DNA of 64,000 nucleotides, from contig CM035355.1 of NCBI GenBank assembly GCA_020137815.1, positions 4,154,001 to 4,218,000 on the forward strand, read 5' to 3'. Below are positions 46,301 to 57,721 of this stretch, in pieces. The position numbers and the translations under genes are program-made. The notes below the pieces were generated by a model. That model did no database searches. It was given only the letters and a program-made list of their open reading frames with translations, and was not told the origin of the DNA. Positions within the stretch are counted from its first letter, which is position 1, and every line of letters starts with the position of its first letter. Source of the stretch: Hormiphora californensis. Its lineage: Eukaryota > Animalia > Ctenophora.

Positions 46301-48290
46301 AATATCCCTCAGAACCTGTTGAGTTGCCTGATTGAGGGACCCCGAGATACGCCCTATGAAGGAGTCCTATTTGTATTCGATATCATGTTACCTAGCAACT
46401 ACAAGAACAGTCCACCCAACCTGCACTATGTCAGTTACAGCCAGACAAAACTGAATCCAAACCTTTATCCCTCCGGAAAGGTAACTACTGTCATGTCACT
46501 GACATTGTCATGTGTGTTAACTTGCTCGACCCTATCTCACCCCCCCCCCCCCCCCCCCCTCACAACGCATATCACGATTTTGCATAAATATCATTCGGTT
46601 TTGTCAGGCGTCATCACAACAACGTCCATACTCCATATTTGGGCATGTTCACGTTGTTATTCAGTGAAGCTCACAACAAAATTCAGGTGTGTTTGAGTCT
46701 GGTGGGAACTTGGGTAGGAAAAGGAACGGAAACGTGGACAGATAGCTCCAGTCTTCTTCAGCTGCTCATCTCAATCCAGGGCCTTGTCCTAAATTCAACA
46801 CCTTACTATAATGAGGTACAGATGATATGAAACAAAGTGAAACTAATGCCTCTCTTTCCGAAAGTGAAAGTAATACCTCGTTTTCCAAAGTGAAAGTAAT
46901 ACCTCGTTTTCCCAGGCCGGTTTCAACAAGTATAGGGAGACCCAGGGAGGAGAATTAAACACCAAACATTACAATGAGATGATCATACTGAAAATAAATG
47001 AGGTTTGTTTCAATTAATTAATTTTTAACTGGAAGCTGTTTTTTGCACAAACTCCCCACCTCAATCACTCACCTCAAAGTGAAAATGATGCCTCTCTTTG
47101 ATTCTTGAAAATGAAAGTGAAAGTAATGCTTCTCCCTTTCAAAGTGAAAGTGAAAGTACTCCATAGATCCCTTTGAAAGTGAAAGTGAAAGTAATGTCTC
47201 TCCCTTTCTCAGCACACTGGCCAGATGTACCTAAACCCCCATGGAGCGTTCAAGGATGAGATCATTGCGTATTACGAGCTGCAAATCCCACGAACTATCC
47301 AACGATATGAAACACTTGTGAAATGTAAGTTATTTCATCTGAATCCTTATCCATAGATCATGTTTACTAATAATAGGCCGCCCTATCATGTACTATACTG
47401 TTATATAGGGGAGTTATTTCAGAAGATGCAATAAACTAAACCCACCATCTCTCTCATCCAGGTTCTAAGTCGGGTAAATGCGATGAAGCGGGCATTACAT
47501 ATCCACTGCTTCCCCTCTCAAAAGGAGTCATGGACTGCCTCCACATTTCCCTGTTACCCCTTCACACTATCATCATGTCAAAGACCGTCTTTGGAACGTC
47601 AGATCAAAAGCAACCCGATTCCACAGAAACTGTATTGCCAGATGGTCAAATTCCTGCCGAAATTATGTTGCCCATTATAGCAACACCTGCAACAGAAACC
47701 CCTGCTCCTTCATCAACTACAACAGAAACGACTGCTCCTTCATCAACTGCAACAGAAGCCCCTGCTCCTTCATCAACCCCAACAGAAACCCCTGCTCCTT
47801 CATCAACCCCAACAGAAACTACCACTCCTACGAGTACATCAACTCCGACAACGAAACTAGGCCAAACCAATAAAGACACCAAATCTGAAGACAATCCAGG
47901 CGAGACTGGTGAGTTTTATGTTTGATTTTTGATGGTGTAACACGAACACTGTTGTTTGCACACCCACACTTGTAATTTTGATAATTTTTTCACCGTGTAT
48001 TATTTTGTTTACATATTTTTGTTATCAATCGGGAGATATAGAAATAAAATTGAAGTTGTTTTTATTGTTTTGAATTTTCAAGAAATTAACCCGTTTATAT
48101 TTTCCTTGGTACCCCTTATTATATTAAAGTTATTCATCATAATCAGTTTCCAAGACACTTCAATTCTCATATTATATCCCCACAATTAGCTGCAATGTCA
48201 CAAAACATCCTCCTTTGGAACACCCCACCCCCATGACATGACGGAGATGAACTCTGTGTGAGAGTGGCAGAGAGTCCTACCGAAGAATAG
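31797..48290 (+). CDS. UBE2O: E2/E3 hybrid ubiquitin-conjugating enzyme UBE2O-like; multi-exon; last exon and stop uncertain (~48236-48290)
   Basis: N-terminal exons [24 protein letters not shown] (32030-32140) and [15 protein letters not shown] (36744-36881) match the UBE2O layout. UBC domain: [37 protein letters not shown] (46312-46480), [38 protein letters not shown] (46687-46816, catalytic Cys), AGF..YNEM (~46916-47002). Long acidic, low-complexity middle exons. Confidence 0.88.
37087..39657. mobile_element. 2.57-kb near-perfect palindromic (foldback) element with TA TSD in a UBE2O intron
   Basis: TA+CCGCACGGCCCAAAAAAAACTAAGGGTACG ... CGTACCCTTAGTTTTTTTTGGGCCGCGCGG+TA. Arms ~1275 bp with a 22-bp loop (38363-38384). 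The ORF track shows identical mirror ORFs (37164/39386, 37933/38623). Confidence 0.92.
41445..41504. mobile_element. 60-bp CTGTCTGG..CCAGACAG mini-element
   Basis: TIR CTGTCTGGCG/CGCCAGACAG; flanks ATAGCTAG/ATATCTAG (7/8). Confidence 0.68.
41537..41649. mobile_element. ~113-bp hairpin MITE, TA-flanked (Tc1-like TIR)
   Basis: TA+CCCCCATCAAAAGTTTGC ... GCAAACTTTTGATGGGGG+TA, with further internal pairing (ATTCTTGATTC/GAATCAAGAAT). Confidence 0.75.
42045..42200 (+). repeat. Coding tandem repeat, ~4 x 36 bp ([12 protein letters not shown]), in a UBE2O exon
   Basis: Unit CAGGAAGGATCCAGTACAACAGGTAACCATGGTAAC; in frame within exon ~42006-42467. Confidence 0.85.
43545..43631 (+). mobile_element. 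Second long-form CTGTCAG element
   Basis: Aligns along its length with 45786-45870; flanks GTTATAT/GTCATAT (degenerate TSD). Confidence 0.7.
44100..45550. other. Probable low-quality assembly sequence (homopolymer-smeared)
   Basis: Long alternating G/C/A/T runs unlike the rest of the window; follows a GA/CT microsatellite region. Confidence 0.8.
45786..45870 (+). mobile_element. 85-bp CTGTCAG..CTGACAG element (long form)
   Basis: 7-bp TIR; two internal direct copies of T(C/T)AGGCCAATGCTCT; flanks CTCCTCCT/CTTCTCCT (7/8). Second copy at 43545-43631. Confidence 0.75.
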
Positions 48291-48856
48291 ACGGAGAGAA
48301 AACCGATACTCCTACATTCACTCTCACGAAAACATTTAAACACAGTCATCCCACCAGTCGTGTCGGTGTAATAAAACCAGGTATAATATACCGTATATGT
48401 AATATGGTTTTGTAATAGTTAGCTGTTTTGTGTGTAACTGTGTGCTGCACATTACTTGAAGAGGTCCCCCAGCTGAACTTCATACATCGCTGGACACCCC
48501 CCCCCCTCGGTGGACCTCTCTGTCGTTCCTCTCAAATATCAGTGTGGTCGTCCCTCTCACACACACACGGACAGTTGTTCTATGTGTCTGTACTCTGTGT
48601 TATTGTGAACAATAATATAGTGGCCACGTGTTGTGTTTGTAGGTTGTAGTACAACCTGTGCAGTGTCCAGTGACTTGTTTTAGGTCCCACAAGTTTATAA
48701 ATAACCTTTTCCCTCTGCTCAGCCTTGTTGTAGCTGTAGGTTCACCATGATTTCTCATCTCCTGAGGCAAGACAATTGCTGTACTTGGTCGCTAGCTGAT
48801 ACCATATGTCGCTAAACTTTGTTGTTATACAACCAGCTAAATCATTTAGTAAATGT

Positions 48857-48934
48857 CTGTCTGGCGCCGCACACCCCATCTGAACGCACTGAATCAAATC
48901 GTGGTCTGGCGGTGCCGAACGTGGCGCCAGACAG
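48857..48934. mobile_element. 78-bp CTGTCTGG..CCAGACAG mini-element
   Basis: 12-bp TIR CTGTCTGGCGCC; no clear TSD. Confidence 0.55.
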
Positions 48935-50608
48935 CTAAAATAAAACAATAAGCTGCTAAACGTCGCTTTTCAAAGCTATTGTCCTAGGCGGTGTCTCCCC
49001 GACCCCATTGCTACCTGTTTCAATAATGCTAAATGTACTTTAAAATATTTGCTGTTCATGTTACGTCCGGTGTCTCACAAAAGACTGTGCAGCCTCTCCA
49101 AAAACCCGATTAGAATTGTTGAACAAGGGTAGAGATCCCTCGAGAGCCAGAGAGGGTCGAACAAGGCAGGGGTCCGGCGTCTCTCCCTGATGGTTGGTTT
49201 GTCAGATGGTACCTTGTTCACACACGTATAGTCTGAAATGTTCACTCAACTGCATCGATCAGAATTCAGTCATGTTGTCAAATCCAGAGGGGAGCATAAC
49301 GCGCGCTCGCACGTGCGGCTACACACAAACTGTGTGTGTGAGTGCGGGAGATAAAATCTCCCCTTTTCTCTCCCTGTTTCGTTACCGTCGTTTCATATTT
49401 CTTGTGTGTCTTGAATTTGGGCACGTCGCGCCCCCCATGTTCGCGCGCCCGTAGGGCGATCCCCTCCTACGGGGCTTGCCTGCTTCGCAGGCAAGTCTTG
49501 AATCTGATTGAATATCAGCCTCGTATGCCGTTTAGATGCCACATCGGATGTGACAACCGGTTCCAGGTTCAAATCCAGGTATGAATATGAGATTCCTCTC
49601 TCAGTTCCCTAAATCCTAATTCCCACGTATAGAGGTTCTCTTGCCCGGTATAATGGTGCATCAGTTGGTGTCTAAATCTTCATAATACGGGCCTCTTAGG
49701 ACATGATGTGACATGTTTAAATTGATCTCTAGTCCGGTGCGGCGTCCCTCAGCACTTAGGTCTCGGCTAGGAAGGGAGTGCTAGCTAGTTTCAACCCTAA
49801 TTTGGGGGAAGGGAGGGTTAGCTTCCACTCCTTCTGGGGAAGGGAGGGTTTGCCAGCTCCTCCCAGCTAATGTTACTACCCAGCGTGCACCCATTTCCTA
49901 GGATTCACCTTTTGTAAACCACACCATTACCATGATCTGCCATTAGTTATTACCATTATCACATCTCAGCTCTCTCTTTCTGTCTCACTATTATTACACA
50001 CCGATATCTTTCGCTCTCCCTCTGAGCATTGCCAATAGTTCAGACTTACTTGCCGACCTGTTTCCACAGTCCATTTCCGGCTTGTCAGATCCTTTTCAAA
50101 CCATGCAGTTTTCTCTGAACACCCATAAATCTGATCTATAGCTCGCTATGATCTAGAGTCCCCCTCTTTCTATCTGATCACACCACCACGTTCTCGTTAC
50201 GTGTTCTCACCGCTCTGTCAATAAGTTTCATTACTCAGTGGTAGGGGCACGTCATACCTAGATGTTATAAATCACTCTCCCTCGGTATAAGCAGATGATC
50301 GTCTTCGTCTATCTTTCTCTCTTTCTCTCTGCGACTTATGTTATTATCCCTCCTCTCTCTCTCTCTCACTATCCCTCTATCGCTATCTCTCAGTCTCAGA
50401 GTGTGCAAGTAATTGTGATCATGATAATGTCAGTGTTGCCCACTCTGTACCACCACTGAACAGTTCCTTTGCCCCCCCCCTCTCTCGTCCCTGGAACAGC
50501 TGCTCCTAGTTGACACCTCCCACCGTAGTATAATAAACACATGATAAATGAGGGAATGTGATGGAACTCTATCTTTTTTCTTCTGATGGTTCAGGCGGAA
50601 GTCATCCT

Positions 50609-50639
<31 letters not shown>

Positions 50640-50688
50640 CATCTCTCCCTCTTCCTCGCTTCCGTCCAACTTATCCCTCTCCTCGATC

Positions 50689-50788
50689 NNNNNNNNNNNN
50701 NNNNNNNNNNNNNNNNNNNNNNNNNNNNNNNNNNNNNNNNNNNNNNNNNNNNNNNNNNNNNNNNNNNNNNNNNNNNNNNNNNNNNNNN
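50689..50788. other. Assembly gap (100 N)
   Basis: Run of n characters. Confidence 0.99.
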
Positions 50789-51095
50789 TGAAACCCCGCG
50801 GTTTTTGTTTCCTTTCACCGCATTTCGCATATATATCCAGTACATTTCACTCTAAAACATTGCAGCTGAACTAGCCTGGTACTATAGTGCTCCTTCATAA
50901 ATACAGCCATTGCTCCTTCATAAATACAACTGCACACTCTTGCAAGCGCTATATATACACACAGGAACAATCCATCATCCCGCTCCCACTCACATACACA
51001 CTAAATTGAAACTAAAAGCTAAAAGCCACTCTAACCAGCTCCCATACCGCTCCCTCTTTACGGGGTTGGTCCCCAGCTCTGCTTTATATACACAT

Positions 51096-51207
51096 CAGGA
51101 ACCGACCGAATCAGGAAATACTGGTCCCTGATTGGCTGATAACCAGTCAGGGGAACTAAAAAAAGGGGAGTTCTGATTGGTTGTTTACTTGTTTCGGTCG
51201 GTTCCTG
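51096..51207 (-). mobile_element. hAT-like MITE, copy 5 (inverted, core diverged)
   Basis: CAGGAACCGACCGAA..TTCGGTCGGTTCCTG; flanks ATACACAT/ATATACAC (6/8 match). Confidence 0.8.
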
Positions 51208-52555
51208 ATATACACACACATCGTGACTGCTGGAAATGTTACAATCTTGCAAAGTACCAATATTCCTGTTTGCTGAGCGAATATAAACCACAATGTACAC
51301 ATGCTGCGTTGTATATACATTGTACCAATATATTGTATTGCTGTTTACTTGTACAATGAATTATATAGCTGTAACTGTTCTGGCAAGGGTGCTGGGTGCC
51401 TTTTTGTCAGACGCAAAATCTGGAACCAGCTGTTAATTGGCCTCTGTTTTAATCAAATTTTTACCCTGTTCCCCAATTCCTTTATCCCAACTCCTATCCC
51501 AACCCCCTCTCCCATATCTTTACCCCTCTCTCTCTCCCTCTCACTCTCTCTCCCCCTCTCACTCTCTCTCCCCTTCTCTCTTATTTCTATATCACGTATC
51601 TCACATAATTATTGCCATATCGCCGTGCAACTGCAGCTTCCACATGTCCCCTTCATAAAAAGTGAAAATGCTATTATAATAAGGGATCGAGCTATGACAA
51701 CATCTTTATTTGAATCAATTTGATTTCAATTTCATTATTTATTCCTAAAAAGTGGGTTGGTTGGTATATCACGCGCTGTTCTGATCCACTATCAGAGTAG
51801 TATATCTACTAGATAATATCTATATCTACTAGATAATATCTAACCTTTTAGCATTGATGTGATATAGCTTTGTTCCTTTTCATTTTACATTACTCTCTGG
51901 ACTGTATATCTGATCGGGTTATGATGAGGTTTTACACAATGGCCATCAGTTTGAGTGCATTTAAGTGAACACCGACTTCGGTAGTGGTGGTTATTGGACA
52001 TCTAGTTTCTTAGTTTCTTACTGGGTGGAACTCGAGACTTGAGTCAATGTCGAAGTTGTCTTTGACTTTCTTTCTCTCACTCTCTCTCTCTATCCCTCTC
52101 TCTCCCTCTCTCTCCCTCCCTCCCTCTCTCTCCCTCTCTCCCCTCACGAACTTTTATACAATGGAAGCTATGACGGTTTCTGCATTTCCTCGCGGTGATT
52201 GTAATAAATTCCAATGATGGTGAGAGAGAGAGAGAGAGAGAAAAAGACACTCGAATAGAAAGTTAGAGATTTACGATATTTTTGTCACGTCTTCCTATAT
52301 TTCTACCGCTTGGTATTTTGACTGAAACACACTTTTGGGTCACCATGGGAATTTGTCTAGCACGAGCGAGACACCTTTTAGGTGATCTGTCTAAAACGGT
52401 GGGAAAGTTAGACAAGTAGGGATTGGTACCGCATGCAGTGAAATTGCCTCTTAGCTTTAGCCCCCCCCCCCTCCGTTCTGGCTCAAGTATGACAGATTGG
52501 AACCCGAAAAGTTTCGTGACACATCCCATCATATATAAATGATTGGGGAGAGAGT

Positions 52556-52598
<43 letters not shown>

Positions 52599-54149
52599 AA
52601 AGAGAGAGCGAGAGAGAGAGAGAGACTAAGCGATTGAGAGAAAGACTTGCTATCTGAGAGGTGCAAGTTTGGTCACAGACAGAGGGATAAAGAAACTGAG
52701 AAGAGAGCTGAAGAACGAGAGAGAGAGAGAGAGAAATTGAGAGAAATTCAAAGAGAATATGAGGGAGATTTAAAGAGAAGCAGGATCGCAACATCCCACG
52801 TGACCAGGTGAGGTGATCACGTGACTGGGTAGGTATAAAGAGTTCCCTTTTATCCCAAACTAGGCATTTTAGCGCATCGTGTCGCATTCTAATTAGCCCA
52901 TATATGGGCCGTGCATCCCCCAGCATCCCTCTCGGCTGTCAACTACCCCCCCCCCCCTCTCCACCATTCTAACTCACGCGTCCTCCCGTGTGTTTTACTG
53001 TTTATAGTTTCCCATACGGGATGTTACAATCGGGATCTTATCACACACTGTCCTGTATTGAACGTCTGCCTGAAGTTGTTTAGATTGTTTGGGTGGTGGT
53101 AGTGGTAGTGACTAGTGGTAGAGAGTGGTCGAGTGAGAGGGGGAGAGGGAGGGAGAGAGAGTGAGGACATTGGAGGCAGCAACATAGAGAGTAAAAAGGC
53201 AATAACTGCTACCGATATTATCACTACAGCAGCTGTGTGTGGAACACACTACTGAAAGAGAACCTTCTTTTGTTAAAGCGGCATTGTCCCCTCCTCCCCT
53301 TGGCCTTACCCCTTGTTATAGCTTGTCAAATTTCCATTCTTCTTTTTTCTATCTTTTTTGCAATGATAACTAATATCTTTACTATCATTTGACTATCCTT
53401 TAAGTTTGGGCGGGAAGTAAAGTGTTACATACGATATAACACAGATGGTCGCCGCGGGACTAGTACAATTTTCAGTCGTACTCGGATAGGGTTACAAGAG
53501 GGGACCCCTGTACTCAGAGCCTCCCTGCGACAGCAGAGGGAGAGATAGAGAGAGAAAGAGGGAGATAGATAGGGAGAGAGAGAGGGCCAGCTATTACGTT
53601 TCACATATAATCTGGTTTCGTCTGAGTTGATATATACATTGCGCTCCTCCTTTACCTGTTCGTTGTGTGTGTGTGACCTGTGTTCTAAGAATAATCTACA
53701 TCAAGAAGTGATATACTACATCATCGAGATCTTCTCTAAAGTTAACTATGCCGCAACCAAAAGAATTAAAGGTAGGTTGACTGAGAGGTGTTAGTGACTT
53801 GGTTCATTGGAATTATAGAATAGAGGAATCCTGTCATACTGGTACATTAGTGAAATGAGATTCGTGCATGACACGTTGGGTGCTCCAACTGTGTCAATGT
53901 CAGCATTATTCCCAGGACCTACTTTGATCCCAATTGGGCTATTACACTGGAGGGGGTGTACCCCTTTTCATTCAGTACGTGGAGGGGGTGTACCTTTTTG
54001 GGGCTCATGACAATGGTGTAATGTCAGTACATTCTGACAGCTCCCTATTATACTTCTGTCACTCTACGTAATCGTGTACCCAATCTCTTTCTCATCATCT
54101 GGGGGGTCCCCCCGGGGAGGGAGGAAAGGGAGAAGTAAAAGGGAAACAC

Positions 54150-54237
<88 letters not shown>

Positions 54238-54402
54238 AGAAGACGACATCTACATGTTGTTTTTGCAGTAAAAACAAACATAAACCTCTCTCCCACACAT
54301 CTGGTTTTTCTCACTTTCCTTAGTGCACTACACGTTTGCTCAATTTATTGCTACTCACATCGCCATGAGTCACCGCAGATCAAAGATGATACATCAACAG
54401 AA

Positions 54403-54474
<72 letters not shown>

Positions 54475-54754
54475 CTTGGGTAACAGCCCCTAAGGGGTGC
54501 GAACACACACGCAGATGGTATGGGGTCTTTGATTAAGGGCTTTAAGGGACAGGGAGAGAGAAAAGGCAAGCATCTTGCTAATTCTCTTTAACACGTTTCT
54601 CTCTCTCTCCCTCTCTTTCTCTCCCTCCCTTTCTCTCTCTCGCTCTCTCTCACTTTTAAAGCTCGACCCACGTGACAGGCTCAAAGAATGAGAGAACTGT
54701 CACACAAAGCAAACTATCAACCCATTTACATTTTTTGTCGCCGAGTTAAATCTA

Positions 54755-54823
<69 letters not shown>

Positions 54824-54879
54824 TCTCGTCTCCTCTCTCTCTCTCTCTCTCTATATCTCTCTCTCTCTCTCTCTCCTCT

Positions 54880-54934
<55 letters not shown>

Positions 54935-55760
54935 TCTCTCTTTCTCCTTCTCTCTCTCTCCCTCCCTCTCTCCAAACCACACGTCCTCCCTCTCAGCTGA
55001 TTTGTTGGATTCCGGACCTCCTTCACCATTCAGGTTTGGTGCAAGGCAAAGTGTGCCCTATATCACGTGCTCTATAACCCCCGGCTGTAATGAGGGGAGG
55101 GATTTTATATTTTAGTCGCATGCTCACTAGCTCAGCTGCTCCGCTGATCATCAGTATCATATCGCCTCTCTCTCTCTATCTTTTTTACTATCTATCTTTT
55201 TTTCTGTTTTTACCATCTAACTCCCTCTGTATTTTTACTATTTACTTATCCTCTGGTTGTCTTGACCAGCTGGTGTCCACTGAGTTGCCAGGGTGATAGC
55301 CACTTTTGAGTGGTGGGAGTGGTGGATAGAAAGAGAAGTGGAGAGATAGAGAGAGATAGATAAGGGGTGTAGGGCGAGCTATTATTCCCAACTAGGCGAG
55401 TGTTCCGAACAGGTGTCCTTTTTCTCTCTGCCCCTCTTTCTCTATTTGTCTCCCTCTCTCTGTCCCTTCTTTTCTGTTTCTATATCGCTCTCATTCTCTT
55501 TCTCGCTCCCTCTTTTAAGATGCAATGTCTCTTTAATTCTTTACCGTTTTGTCTGTGTTATACTATATGATCGTTTTTCAATACCCTCTTTCTATTGGCT
55601 GAATATAAAACCACTATGGGCATTTATTGTAAGGCAAATTGGGTACTTGCTACATGACTTGACCGCCCAGGAAGAAAGGGGAGTTTAGTCTAACATCTTT
55701 AAAAAGGGGGAGTTTATTAGAGTCTAATATCTTTAAAAGGGGAGTTTATTAGTCTAATAT

Positions 55761-56661
55761 TAGGCTGTCCAGTATTGATTGTCGTTGGGCTTTTATCGAA
55801 AAATGGTTTGAGATAGAGCAAAATGGACTTCACCACCGTTTTTCTCATGCGATTTTAGATCGTAATATGATGCCTGATACTGGTATTTGGTTGTTCTCGG
55901 TTCCCACCAGGCTATTTCCTCTACGCCACTCTTTTTGCTGCTGCACGGGGTTACCAATGTTTTTTAAATGCTGCTGGAAGAAAATTGGTACGGTTTCTTC
56001 AGCTCCCGTAGTGCTCAATCGATAGACAATCGTCTAAGGATGAGATATGTATGCGATTTGGGTCTCTAAGTGTTCACTTATAACCTCTAGAACAGTAAAT
56101 GTATCATGAAAAAGCGAAAAAGTGCATACAAAAACTGGCCCGTTTTTGAAAACGTCAATTAGTCACTTTAAAAGTCAACCAATCACATAATTGGCTTCAC
56201 AACGTCTTAGAGCTTACTTAGAACTATCTTTTACTGCAGAGTTTTTTATTACAAGTCAATCCTGATGAGACCCGGAAGTAAAAGTTTCTAATTTTTACCA
56301 AAACTTTTTGGAGGCACATTGCTCAGTGAAAAATAAAGATAGGATATTTTATTACATCTTAAACGATAGATAATTGTCCAATGAACAAGCTTGATGCAAC
56401 AAAACATCACTCAGGTACCATTTTTAAGAAGTACAGCAGTTTTGGTGCTAAAACTCGAAAATCGCGATTTTTCATATGCAGCGTGAACAAGAGTGGGGTA
56501 GAGAAAATAGCCTGCTGGGAACCAAGAACAAGCACATACCGATACCGGGCATCTTATTCCGATCCAAAATCGCATGAGAAAAACGGTGGTGACGTCCATT
56601 TTGCTCTATCTCAAACCATTGTCTCATAAAAGCCCAACGACAATCAATACTGGACAGCCTA
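55761..56661. mobile_element. ~900-bp MITE with long imperfect TIRs, apparent 4-bp ATAT TSD
   Basis: TAGGCTGTCCAGTATTGATTGTCGTTGGGCTTTTAT at the left end and its exact reverse complement at the right; ~180 bp of imperfect arms; ATAT on both sides. Confidence 0.85.
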
Positions 56662-56895
56662 ATATCTTTAAAGGGGTATTTTAAACTACTTGGTAATTCT
56701 TTCAACTAAAAAATAAGTACTATTTTCTTTTTCAATTTTATATTCATGATATTGCGATCTTATTTATTTCTCTCTCTCTCTCCACCATTTTGCGTGGTAT
56801 CCAAAATGCTGTTAGCTTGTTCGGTCCCCTACAAATTAACTGCAGCCAGCTTGCATCTCTCGTATATATCAATGCTGTGTGAACACGATATATTA

Positions 56896-56979
56896 CCGTC
56901 GGACCCCGATTTACCGGGATGCTTGGGGGAAAGGGTTTGCCCGGTAAATCGGGGTACCGGGTATATCGGGGTCCGAATG
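56896..56979. mobile_element. 84-bp mini-MITE related to the pogo-like element at 62887
   Basis: TA+CCGTCGGACCCCGATTTACC ... GGTATATCGGGGTCCGAATG+TA. Confidence 0.75.
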
Positions 56980-57275
56980 TATTCTCTATCGCTCCCTCTG
57001 AGTATCGCTGTGTGATAAAAGAAGATATAATATTATTTTTAGTATCAAAGCTGCTTTACCACAAATCAACTAGCATCCGCACCTTTCTTCCCCTATCTGT
57101 TTCTTCCCCTACTCTCTTTCTTCCCCTTTCTCTTTCCCAATCTGCCCACCTCCTCCTCCCTAATCCCTATCTTCCCCTCCCTCTCCCCCACCACATTGAT
57201 GATATTTGTTAAGCTGCTCCACCCTCCCTCAGTAGTAGTACCCCCATGATCTAACACCCCACTCCTCCTCTCCAG

Positions 57276-57670
57276 AATATGATTTCCCCATGGGGCTTTA
57301 TGGTACCCCAAGTGATGCCTCTCTCCTTCACCCCCACTGCTGTCATGATATCAGATGTACCAGCTTCCGGTGGACGGAGGAAAGACAAATCAGACAAACT
57401 TGAGGTAAGTTAAACTGAAAAACTCGTCAAAGAAAATTGAATAACTGGGGGTAAGTTTGCCTAGCTAGACTGTGTTTCGCGCGCCCCGCGAGGGTTAGAA
57501 CATAACAAGGGTAAGTTTGGTAGTTTTCTTTATCTTTATGTTCGTCAAAGTATTCTGAATATTTATTTTATGTTTCGGCGATTTATTGCCAACAAAGTAG
57601 AAAAGGAGGGAGAGTGAGAGAGAGAGAGTGAGAGAGAGAGAGAGAGAGTGAGAGAGAGAGAGAGAGAGAT

Positions 57671-57721
<51 letters not shown>

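Noticed and set aside
52645-52700. Peptide CKFGH resembling the end of an MBNL zinc finger
   Set aside because: No upstream Cys residues at CCCH spacing; embedded in GA repeats.
54021-54040. ATGTCAG..CTGACAG resembling the 23-bp element
   Set aside because: No TSD and no CCAATGC core.
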